Origin: Paraspadella gotoi
Lineage: Eukaryota > Animalia > Chaetognatha
Length of the DNA stretch: 64,000 nucleotides
Assembly: GCA_051294375.1 (NCBI GenBank)
Contig: CM119268.1
Span: forward strand, 20,363,747 to 20,427,746
Reading direction: 5' to 3'
The notes beneath the pieces were generated by a model. The model was not told where the DNA came from. It saw only the letters and a list, made by a program, of their open reading frames with translations, and searched no databases. Position numbers and translations under genes: made by a program. Below are positions 1-10,944 of the stretch, piece after piece; position 1 is the stretch's first letter, and each line of letters opens with the position of its first letter.

Positions 1-403
1 TAGACGTCGTCCCTGACTCATGACCAGCGCAGTTTTTTCAAGGTTAACTGCGCCTTAAATGAGCGAAAGGGAAAAAAATAAATTGGGAAAACAAATCGGC
101 GGATCCATTCTAGTTTGAATCTCGACCTCAAAACCGGATTCATTTGACGACGAATCAAAACCGTTGAGTTTTCTCCTTTGCTGCTGCTGCTGCTGACTCG
201 CTCAGTGACTTACCCGCCTGATAACTGTTTTTTTAATCGTCGCAGAGTAGATTACGCAATTAGATATTCTCACTTATTTTTACGATACGACACGAAACGA
301 AATTAAAGGAGAAATGCCACAATAAAATTAAATCTACGTATAACGAGAACGACCCCCAGGGCACACACCAGGTCCCACCTCCGTTTTTCCTTCGAGAAAC
401 GAG

Positions 404-3400
404 ATGACGAGCCAACGCTCGACCCTCGTCGACCACGACGAGCTCGCCGAACTCGCCGACGACGAGCAGGTGTATCGAAACCAAGACGGACAACCACCTC
501 CGGTTCTTCAAGTAAGAAAAATCAGATCGTCTCAGTAACGAGTAATGACAATTGTAAAATTACAGTCCTGTGCAAGAAAATCCTAAATAGCACGTGTTTC
601 ATTCATGAATTCAAACAAATTTTAATTGGTTAATAGAGCTCCGGAGATAATATAAAATTTCTCATTATAAAATTTTTTTTTAAATCTTAAAATTTTTTGA
701 TGTATTCTGATAGAGCATAAAAAGTTAAACATGAAATATAATTACATCTTTTAAAAATTCTTACATTTTCTAAGTGAAAATAAAAAAAACTGATAAAATC
801 ATTGAAAGATGATGATTTTTTATGGTTTTTCTTATTTTTGACTCATCATGAAAATATTTGAAAAAGAAATATAATTTGTGCAGACAACTTTTTATGAGCT
901 ATCTGAATCTGGTCTTAAAATTTAAAAATTATCAAAACAAATTTTGGCCTTTCCTGTCTATAATTAAATATTTAAAAAATAATTATTTGGGTATAGAGCC
1001 ATAAAAATTTAGACATTTTTAAGGATACTTTCAATGGACAAAAAAATTTTAATATGGCTCTATACCCTAGTAATTCATTTTTTTAATATTTATAGATATT
1101 TATAGATATTTATAGAATTTTTAAATTTTAAGACCAGATTAAAATAGCTCATAAAAAGTTGTCTACACAAAGTATAATTCTTTTTTAAATATTTTTACGA
1201 TAAGTGTGTCAAAAATAAGAAAAACCGTGAAAAATCATCATCATCTTTCGATGATTTTATTAGTTTTTTATATTTTCACTTAAAAAACGTAAGAATTTTT
1301 AAAAGATGTAATTATATTTCTTATTTAACTTTTTATGCTCTATCAGAATCCATCAAAAAATTTTAAGATTTAAAAAAATTTTTGTTTTGTTTTATATAGT
1401 AATATAATATTTTTAATTAGGCTAGTACCCTCAGAAGAAAGCATTTTTGATAAAAAATACTTTAATACCATAATCTATGGTCATGATAGATTATTTTAAC
1501 GCTGTATACATTAGCATTTAAATTTCATCGGCTATGGCTATTGAAAGTACACTTCAAAATGTATAAATTTTCGTTTGAGCATGTAATCATTCTAAATTTT
1601 TGCCTCACACCATTGAGTGGGGCGATGTGAAAATAATATTTTTTTTTAAATTTAAATTTAGTTTTCAAAATGAAAATTTTAAAATTTCAAGAACGGATTT
1701 GGATTCTTTGCAAAAAGTTAATATAAGAAAATATAATTATTTTTTGAAAATTATTTTATTAAGTTGATCAAAAATATAAAAAAGTATAAAAGTATATATA
1801 AACGCTGATTTTTAATTTTCTGTTAAAAAATATAGTTTTTTATAATTTTAACCTACTTCATGATATAATTTTTATTATTTTCTCTCTTTTCGTTGCTAAG
1901 TGAATATTAGGAATTGTTTTTTGTTTGCCAATACAACGATTTTTATATATATATAAAAATCGTTGTATTGGCAAACAATAAACAATTCCTGATATAATTT
2001 TTAAAAAATATTTACATTTTCCTTTATCAACTTTTTATGAAAAATCTGAATGTTCTTAAAAAACACTTTTAAAATTTTAACATTATATAAGGGTAATATT
2101 ATATACAAAATAAGCTGATTGGGCTATAATATGTATAAAAAAAATTATAGATTAGTATTTATTAATATGATAGTTTTCAAGATATATCTGCTAAATTTTG
2201 ATTTCAAACTTTTACTTCATTCTATGGTTAATGTAGATTTTTAAAAGTAGTATTTATATGTGTAAGTTAAAAAAAATAGGTCTAGCAACCGAAAGACAAA
2301 TGGTCAAAATAAAAAAATGGGGGGAAAAATATTTTAGAAGATCTACAGTCCTGTGTAACAAAAAGGATACCCAAAAACATTATAAAAATAAATCACGTTA
2401 GATTTTTTTTAAAATAAAAGATATTATAAATGAATAATAGAGAGTCCGGACTTGAATCTTACCCCCCCCCATTTACCCCATACGCACAATTGTTTTACAA
2501 CATTTAATTTTTTATCGCAGAAGAATCGTTAAGGATTTTTCTATCTTTTGGATTGTATTTAGTTTTGCTATATCGAAAAACATTAGTATGGGAAGCAACC
2601 GAAAACCAGCAGTCATGTTTGCTCCACGCCGAAATATTTAAAAATTGACTATATAAATATTTTCATTCCTGCAAAAGTTACAGTGATCAACCTTATGCGT
2701 TTCTTTATGGTGGTTTTGAGAGAGTACGGTTCATAGATTTCTCAAATAAAAAATCGGAGACCTGACGTTATTCTAACTAAATTTATTACTACAAATTTTT
2801 ACAGCATAAACAAATTAATACCGCAGCATTTACTAACATTTGTGATAATAAAAAAATATTCTGGATATGACCCCATCTAAGCATTTTTAAGGGAAAAATA
2901 CCATAATATTCATAAAAGGGAAATTTTAAAAAATTATAAATTATATTATCTACCTCTGTAACTTTTGTAATTAATTAGATAAAGAATTTGTACCTTGTGG
3001 GACTATTAAAAATGGAATTCTCAACTAAAATTAAAAATTTAAATCTTAAAAGAAAATTGAAGCTGCAGTATGCTGCAGTAACTTGAAGTACCATACAATT
3101 ACCGGGATTAGGTCCCTGACTTATAAACCAACGATCTATGTTATTTATACAACATAATATACTTAGTTACTAGAATAAAATAAGATTTCTTTTAATATAA
3201 TTTCTCCAAATTTTGGCCTCAGGGCATTATGCCCTATATAATACAGTATCTAAATTCATTTGGATATTGCAGTATGGGGCGAATTTAATGTAACTCTCAA
3301 CAGTACTTGTAACCGTAATTACATCAATCTCGACCCATACACAGTGATACCAAGAAAGTAAAGATTTTTCATATCGTCTACTCGTCTCTGGAAGGGTCTT

Positions 3401-6400
3401 AGGTAAGGTATACTTCATAAATGAGTAGCTGACATAAGTAAAATGACCAATCAAATAATTGATGAAATTAATTTTTTTAGATATATCATTAAGTACAAAT
3501 TTAAGTCCGAACCCTGTATTTATGGAAAAATTTGGTTAATCTATGGCTATCCGTTATGAAACTAATTTTTTAAATATAATTACTCTGTTTTAATTACTAA
3601 ATACTCAAACAGAATGTGAAAGCAAAAAAAATTTGAATATTTTTAAAACCTCTTATGTTTATTGTTTAAGGTGTATTCATAATTTTTTTAAAAAACATAA
3701 ATATAATGCTCATAAATTAAGGCGAAAAAAGTATCTTTGGTTTTTGGCAGATTTTCAAGAAATGGTTTTTGGAAGCGATTTAAATGACAATTTTTTTAAA
3801 TTTTATAATAAAGGAATCTAATAAGCTTTATTTAGGCAATGTTTTTATTATGTCCTCTTTTTTTTTTTGCACAGGTCTGTATATTACATTTATGAAATTG
3901 CTACAATCAATATGAAAAATATATATTCATTTAATAAATAAATTAATTTAATCTTGCCCTGATTTTGGACACACTGCTGGTTTATGGCCTGCATCACTTC
4001 TAAAAGATTATAACATATCAGAACCTTATTTATTCACTTCTACAGTACCTGGCTTGCTTATTAATTAAGTGTAATAATATTTTAAAAAATGTTTTATTTG
4101 TAAAATATTATTCCTTTTGTCCTTTCTTACGTCTTAATCTCCAGTTGCAAGAAGACTCGGCCTTCGATCATTCTTCTTCCGCCGACGAATCTCCCCGCCC
4201 GACACCCGCCCCCTCCCATACTCCATCCTCGCTCGACAAGCGGGCGACAGCGGCGAATCCCTCCGCCGTTCCCTCGCAGGTCGTTTTTGTCAACCACGCC
4301 TTTCAACACGACAACAGTAAGTAGCAGAGTATGATTGAATGATTGGTATATTCGATTTTTGTTTGATTTGATTGATTGACTGATCAAATCGATTGATTGA
4401 TTTAACTACAGAAAACTTCATTTTGTTACCAGAACACGCCCCGAGAAAACTCATACCAAATTTATTGAAATTTGATATGAACGATCCCTATGTTAATACA
4501 AATAGAACTATCGAGGCGAATTTCAATATTTGACCCCTGAGCTGAGATATGGGGCCCCGGAGGGGTCACCCATAGGGGCAAAAAATGGTCAAAAATTTTT
4601 ATCGTCGCAATTGCTAAGCGTTTGCGACGATATTGTAACGCTTTTGCGCAGAAGTGGCGTCGTCGTCGTCGTTGTTGTTGTCAGCGTTCCAAATTATAGA
4701 TCGCCTTTTTTATGATTAAATTTGGGTGTATGAAGCTGAAAATTTATATACAGCTTTTCATCTTCGATGTGCTTAAAATTGAGTCTGGACAGTTTTTAAA
4801 TATGTTTTGTTTACGTTTTATTTTCAAAACTAACAAATTTTCTCTCTTTTATTTTCATATTTCTTTCTCTCTTCTTTTCTCTTTAATTACATGTTCCTCT
4901 CCCTCTCTCTTTTCCCTAGTCACTGATTCATAATCATAGGGGAAAAAAACGAGTCTGCAGCTGGCTCTGCAGGGGCTTATTCTTTTTCTCTCTTTTCTCT
5001 TGCTGCTTCTGCTGCTGCCTTTTGATTTCTTTTTTTTTCTGGGTGTCTTGCTGCCGCTGAAAAATGATTTGGCTGTTTCTTTTTCTTTCTCTCTCTCCTG
5101 AAATTAATTTTTTCCTCTCTAAAAACTTTTTATTATCGCCATTTATTCAAAATTTACATCCAGATTTCGTGGATTTTTTTCGTGGATTTTTTTTTTTTTT
5201 TAAATTTTCTTTATTTTTCTCAAATTTGATTGTTTGGTATATCAAAATTTGTCGTCAATCCAGATTTTCTTATGCAATTGTCACGATCCTATTGCTTTTA
5301 AGATTTTTTTCAATTGTTGCACAGACGTTTACTCTTCCTCAAAAACGTATTTATTACCACCAAAATATTAGTTTACCTTAATTTCAGCTTCATGAACATC
5401 AGCTGTTCAAGTCAGATTTTGAATAATTTGGGAAAATTGGAAGTAAAACGATGAACCATGCATCTTCAAACCATGCTTATTGCTTAATTTTTGAAAATTT
5501 ATTAATTTTAGTTCTAAATTTGTTTATATGTTTAAAACTACCAAAAAATTTTTAAAAAATGAAAAAATGAAATAGTATGGTGGACTAAAATCCACCAACC
5601 GTTCATCAGCGGCCATTGGTGCCGGAGGCAAGTCATTCGCCTCCCAACCCAAAGGTCCGGGTTCTAGCCCGGTGTCGTCTGGCAGTTAAGAGGGACGGGG
5701 CGCTTAACCCGCCTGTAACATGGTGTTACACGCCTGATCCGAAGCTCAGGGACTGCTTATATTGAACGGTTCTGTCATTAACACTTATCAATAATTACTG
5801 TCTCTTCATTGGTGAGCCCGACTTCCGAACACAACAGCAACAACAACACTTTCAGGCGACATGCCTCAACCTGGCGATGCACTTTCCGCCCACAACACAT
5901 CAGGCAACATGCCTCAACTTGGTGACGAACTTTCCACCAACAACAATTCACTGAAGAGACGCAACAGACTTCTCCTACGGGAGGGGGGATGTATGGTGGA
6001 CTAAAATCCACCAACGCGTTCATCTATCAGCGGCCATTGGTGCCGGAGGCAAGTCATTCGCCTCCCACCCAAAGGTCCGGAGTTCTAGCCCGGTGGTCGT
6101 CTGGCAGTTAAGAGGGACGGGGCGCTTAACCCGCCTGTAACATGGTGTTACAGCCTGATCCGAAGCTCAGGGACTGCTTATATGAACGGTTCTGTCATTG
6201 ACACTTATCAATAATTACTGTCTCTTCAATAGATTAACTTAAAAAGAAAAATATTACGTAAAGATTTGTGCAAATGTTTGATGTGTGGCATTTGATTTCG
6301 ACTGATGACGATGTGAGCGATGCACCCCTTTTCCTTCCCCAGCATCCGCCCAGCTTTCCTCCACCCCCGCTCCTCGAGTGATAGTGACTCAACCCAACGG

Positions 6401-6976
6401 AGTCACCGCCACCCACCCCACGGCCACCATCGTCCAACCCCGGGCGTCGTCTCATGAACTCAGCCGCGCTCTCAAGGAAAAGGACATCGTCTTCCTCCAA
6501 GTCTTCGCCGCGATGGTCTGCATCTGCTTTCCGTTTACGGGTAAAGGGAGGGAGTGTGTACGCTGTACGGGGAAGGTCAGGAGCGACGATTTTAAAATTT
6601 GAAAATAAATATACAAAATATCAAATAGTTACAGTAGTAAGTTAGCGATCCGCGCGAAAAATCTGAGACGGTTGACAAGGGGAAAAAAAAAGTCGCTCAC
6701 TGCCCTTTTCCCTGCCTTCCCCCGCCTTCCTTCCACCTTTCCCCTGGCCCACTCTCAGGCGTGATCGCCATTCTTCATTCCGTCAACACCAGCAAGTATT
6801 ACAAAGAAGGGAAGATGGACTTGGCGCTCAAGTTTGCGCAAAAAGCCGAAAGGTTCATCCTTTGCACCATAATTTTGGGCTTCATGTTTCTCGTTCTTTT
6901 GATCGCCATCATTGAAGCGGCCGTCAACAAGAAAGACTTTAGCGATTGGTCGGCGCGCGGGACGACCGTGGGTTAG
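404..6976 (+). CDS. CD225/dispanin-family membrane protein, isoform with first terminal exon (exons 404-511, 4145-4316, 6343-6540, 6759-6976)
   Basis: Exons join through GT-AG junctions with consistent phases (0,1,1). The protein has a Pro/Ser-rich N-terminus, then VFAAMVCICFPFTGVIAILHSVNTSKYYKEGKMDLALKFAQKAERFILCTIILGFMFLVLLI, matching the CD225 C-x-C-x-P-x-G..A..S..G..A pattern plus a C-terminal TM helix. AATAAA lies at ~7138. Confidence 0.8.
563..3879. mobile_element. Tc1/mariner-type non-autonomous TIR element(s) in dispanin intron 1, with internal long palindrome ~670-1380
   Basis: TA-CAGTCCTGTGCAA at 563 (similar end at 2346) and TTGCACAGGTCTG-TA at 3879. ~670-930 is inverted at ~1115-1380. 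Related sequence at ~22690-23290. Confidence 0.6.
4601..5303 (+). mobile_element. Helentron-associated non-autonomous (HINE/DINE-1-like) element, family B
   Basis: Sits in a T-run. 5' ATCGTCGCAA with nearby inverted TTGCGACGAT; (GTC)n; 3' subterminal IR followed by CCTATTGCTTTTAAGA. Confidence 0.65.
5609..5678 (+). promoter_or_regulatory. tRNA-derived (Gly-CCC-like) putative Pol III internal promoter inside the family 1 LTR (also 6030-6100 and other copies)
   Basis: Consensus of copies is a 72-nt unit with acceptor stem GCGGCCA/TGGTCGT, T-arm CCGGG-GTTCTAG-CCCGG (B-box-like) and loop CTCCCAA. The anticodon stem is degenerate, so it is not a functional tRNA. Confidence 0.6.
5682..5756 (+). 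ncRNA. Candidate twister ribozyme (P5-type permutation) in family 1 LTR1; predicted cut 5705/5706
   Basis: P5 GCAGUU/GACUGC; GA-CGGG pairs with L4 UCCG; U^AA; GC; P3 UGUAACA/UGUUACA; P4 CCUGA/UCAGG with loop UCCGAAGC. Confidence 0.75.
6104..6177 (+). ncRNA. Candidate twister ribozyme (P5-type) in family 1 LTR2; predicted cut 6127/6128
   Basis: Same fold with a perfect 8-bp P3 (CUGUAACA/UGUUACAG) and 5-bp P4. Confidence 0.78.
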
Positions 6977-7356
6977 CGATGAAAGACCATATCCACGCAT
7001 GCGCATCACGGGATGCCGTTTCGAAAAACAAAATTACATTCGACGCCCCCCTTTCGTCTTTGTATTTCGCTAAATACGTTGATAACTTTAATTGTAACTG
7101 CCTGTCGTTATTTTATATTCTTTTTAACTTGGTATGTAATAAAAGGATGTTCGTAATTTTGAATTGTTTTTTTTTGTGAGAGTTGTTGGGGAGCCGTCTC
7201 AGATTTTTTTTTTTGTCAGAAGAGATAGCAGATGCTGAAAGTTATAACGTAATACCATTTAACTTATATTACTTATTATTCACTAAAATATAATAACCGA
7301 GAAATACCCCCCCCTTGCCCCCAACTCTCCCGTTCTCGTCTCCTCAAATCCTCCAG

Positions 7357-7589
7357 GCGTCATCGCCGTTGCGCATTCCTTCAGGTCCAAGCGCCTCTTC
7401 GACGCTGGCGAGATCCAAGAGGCCGTCAAGTTCGCCTCTAAGGCGGAGCGCTTCATCCTCTGCACCATCATCCTCAGCTTCCTCTTCCTCGTGATGCTCA
7501 TCGCCGTCGTCGAAGCCTCCGTCAACCGAGAGGAGTTCGAATTCGAGGGATGGCGGGATTGGCCCGCGGGCGGCCACATGATGGGATGA
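7357..7589 (+). CDS. Duplicated alternative terminal exon of the CD225/dispanin gene
   Basis: Pyrimidine tract + CAG acceptor in the same phase as exon 6759. Translates (G)VIAVAHSFRSKRLFDAGEIQEAVKFASKAERFILCTIILSFLFLVMLIAVVEASVNREEFEFEGWRDWPAGGHMMG*, clearly paralogous to 6759-6976. Confidence 0.75.
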
Positions 7590-7873
7590 AAAAGGGGTTG
7601 TTGATGTGCTGGGGGGGGGGTAAAGAAACTGTCGCCTCCGGAACAAATCAAGTTTTTATTTAAAATTTTAAAACAAAAAAATGACAAAAACAACAAAAGT
7701 TGATATGCGATTGGAATTCTGTAGCGTACTTGACAATTTAGCTGAATTTACACGGCTTGGGCGAAAACGTTATTTTTGGAATTACAGTTTTGTCGATCAT
7801 ATTTGTTCACCATTTTACATATGTATTTTTACACCAAAAATAAACAATGCTTTTAAATTTGAAACTAATTTGA

Positions 7874-10046
7874 CTAAAAAGGCGCAAATGGGAGATTTTT
7901 CGTGGGTTGGAGCCAATTGTCTTCGTCCCAAATCGTGTCGTCTTGCTCCACCACGTGAAAAGTGTAAATGTTCCGTGATCGAGTCTCTGATCTGCAAAAG
8001 AAAGGGGCAGAAAAGTTAATCCGTTTAATCAAATCAAGCGGGTTTGTGCGACTGTGTGTGTTCGCCGAGCCTTCGATTTTAACCGACTATGTATCTCGTT
8101 CAAGCGGCATCTTTTCTAAAGACTTCTTTGAAGCGAAACTTAACTAACGCTTAATGTAGTCTCAGTATGATATGAACTCTTTCTAGTAATCTAGTTATAT
8201 GTAATTTGGTTTTTTTGGTGGGTGATTGAAGGAGTGTCCGCGATTTTCGACTAACGATTGCCTACATTCATTCACTTAAAAAAGCTATAAGTAAAATCTT
8301 TGAAAAAACTAAAACTTGTTGGCTTTCGGGACATCCGCGACTGAGTCATTGATTATTGAGCAAAATGAAGAATAGTGAAGAGGTTAGTTTTCGAAAAGTT
8401 GAATAAATGACTCAAAACTCTCGAAAATTGAAACGGGCTCGAACGAAAACTGTTTTTATTTTTCGGCCATGTTGAAATGAAGAAATAAAAGGATTTGAAA
8501 CGTGCGCCCGCATCGAATGATTCCCCGCCGACGCTTCCGAACGGTTCTTTCTGTTTATGCTCATCTCGTTGATTCGTTCTCTTGGAAATGCTTGAGATTA
8601 AACGCCGATTCATCAACCACCTGTTGGGTTCGCTCTTGTGGACAACGAGGCCGTGGATGACGATGGCGTCTCCCGCTTTGACCGGGACCGGAACAAAGTC
8701 TTCGTCAAAGTATTCCGGATGCGGACCCGTCGACTTGGTCATGCATCCTGCGGTGGAGATTGCAAGGGAAGTTCAGAAAATTGTAAAAACAAAAAAAAAT
8801 ATTTTCTTTTTTCGAAGTAAATTATGAAATTGCTTCACCAACGTGCACACTTTTTAGCTTTGGATCAAACATCGTGAATTAGACTAAGACTAGTACTCGG
8901 GAATTGAATTGTCACCTATCTCATGAAGCTAAGCTCACCCTCTTTCTCCACGTCCTCCGGTCGAACTTTGACGAATCTCACTGGAACGTCTCCCTTCGCT
9001 TCGATGAGCTTGTGACTTCCGGGATAGAACCACAAGCAAGAGTTTTCAAGGTCGGCATCCTCAAGGGCAATCCAGATGCCTGAGAGAGTAAGAAGAAAAT
9101 TATTTTCAATTTTAACAATGTTTTTCAACAATTGAACTACTGGTACATTCCATGCAAAAACTACATTTCTTAAGGCTAACCTAAGACCCTTCCCATGGGT
9201 CGCGTGTAGAGGTAAGTCGAGTCGATATGCTGCCCAACCGCTCCACCAATCTTGGCTTGCTTGAAAATGATCATGCTCTGGCAGACGGCCGGGCGTCGCA
9301 TGCCGAGTCGATCCACGACCGACTTGATTCGATCGTCGAAGGTGAACCTGTTGAACGTCGTCACATTTCAGACCAATAGGGCAGAAATCACTGCAAGGAG
9401 CTCGAAGAAAAGATCACGACGTCTTTACTTTTTGAAAGTGGGTTCGAGTGCATGGAGTGCATGTCCGATCTTGTTGAGAGACTTGAACTTGTCCATGCCT
9501 TTCTTGAGCCGGCCGTCGTCGTCGGCTGCTTCAATCTCGTAAAAGTAGCGGATTTTGTCTCCGCTTGTGAGAAAGTATTCGTTCCTGTCTGAAGACGAGT
9601 GTAACTGGAGAATATATTGGATCTCAGATGCCTTATATTACTTATTACTTATATTACTTCAAAGCGTCCTTTGAATTTGTTCACTCATTTAATGTTGACT
9701 CGATGGCTAAATTTTATTTTTATTATTTGTGAAGTAATTTTTGATTGTTGGAGATTCTCCAGATTAGTGAGTGGTTAGAAGGTAATGGGGATACGTGGTA
9801 GTTTGATTTAGGAGATGGTTACAGTTTTAAGCGAAACGTCGAGTCCATAACTCCCATTTATTAAATGATTTAACCTATCTGCTCTCCCAGAGTCTTGAAG
9901 ACGGGCGCCCGTTCCACTTCTGGATTGAGGGTTTCCACGAGGCCGTGGCAAGCCGTCTTCATCTCGACCACCTCCGCCGACGTGAAGAGGTCTCTCAGGA
10001 CGAGGAATCCGTCTCGATGAAAGGCCTCTGCTTCGACGTCGCTCAT
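7874..10046 (-). CDS. PHYHD1: Phytanoyl-CoA dioxygenase domain-containing protein 1 (exons 10046-9875, 9588-9429, 9347-9181, 9079-8939, 8747-8621, 7991-7874)
   Basis: Spliced translation contains FHRDGFLVL, YFLTSGDKIRYFYE, SLNKIGHALH, QSMIIFKQAKIGGAVGQHIDST (HxD), IWIALEDADLENSCLWFYPGSH, GDAIVIHGLVVHKSEPN and SRNIYTFHVVE...NWLQP. GT-AG phases are consistent. Confidence 0.9.
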
Positions 10047-10193
10047 GGTGCCGGGTGAGAGAAAACCTGTTCAATTCTGGAAGAAAATAATATAAAACGA
10101 TAAGACTGATAAGTGAGTTCGACTTAAGACCAAAATTGTTTGGGATAAATTATACTTTGGCATATTTTGAAAAATCATTTAAAAATATTTTTT

Positions 10194-10944
10194 ATCGCTT
10201 TGCGTTTGCGACGATTTTGCTGTGGTTTTGCACATAAGTGGCGTCGTCGTTGTCGTCGGCGGCGTTCCAAATTATACTATAATTTATAGATCGCCTTTTT
10301 ATGATTAAATTTGGGTGTATGAAGCTGAAAATTTATATACAGCTTCTCATCATTGATGTGCTTAAAATTGAGTCTGGACAGTTATTAAATATGTTTTGTT
10401 TACGTTCATCAAAACAAACAAATTTTCTCTTTTATTTTTATATTTCTTTCTCTCTCTCTCTCTTCTCTTTTAATTACATCTCTCTCCCTCTCTCTTTTCT
10501 CGAGTTACTGATTCATAGGGAAAAAAACGAGTCTGCAACTGGCTCTGCAAGGGCTTATTCTTTTTCTCTCTTTTCTCTTGCTGCTTCTGCCTTTTGATTT
10601 TTTCTTTTTTTTCTCTCTCTCTCTCTGCGTTTTTATTAAAAAAAATTGAAATAGGATTGAACTCGTAAAATTAGGCATCGCATTCGTCATGTTATCATTT
10701 TGCTATCGCAACATCAGGTTTTTATTTTTTTATTTTTTTTTCTCAGGGGCTGCGTCTGCTGATTAATTTAATTTTTGACAATGAAAATTTTTTTTTTTAG
10801 AAACTAACTTTAATTTATAAATATAATTTTTCTTTCTGTTTATAAATTAATTTCTTTTTTCAAATTTTCTTTTTTTTAGTATCAAAATTTGTCGTCATTC
10901 CAGATTTTTCTTATGCGATTGCGACGATCCTTATGCTTTTAAGA
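10194..10944 (+). mobile_element. HINE-like family B, second copy
   Basis: Collinear with 4601-5303; ends GCGACGATCCTTATGCTTTTAAGA-TTTT. Confidence 0.65.

Larger units (their letters stand above)
5576..6228 (+). mobile_element. Family 1 miniature LTR element (TRIM/retrozyme-like), full copy: LTR 5576-5808, PBS 5810-5822, PPT 5979-5989, LTR 5992-6228
   Basis: ~235-bp direct repeats TATGG...CTTCA; TGGTGAGCCCGAC follows LTR1; GGGAGGGGGGA precedes LTR2; TSD ATAG at 5572-5575 and 6229-6232. Confidence 0.92.

Noticed and set aside
5597-5615. CTGATGA hammerhead core on the minus strand of the family 1 LTR
   Set aside because: No properly placed GAAA or stems I-III; it is the complement of the closing stem.
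5609-5678. Functional tRNA-Gly gene or simple tRNA-SINE
   Set aside because: Anticodon stem is broken, and the unit lies inside an LTR with PBS, PPT and fixed 4-bp TSDs.
8916-8938. Apparent premature TAG in the PHYHD1 exon
   Set aside because: It lies in the intron after the donor GAGG|GTGAGC at 8939.
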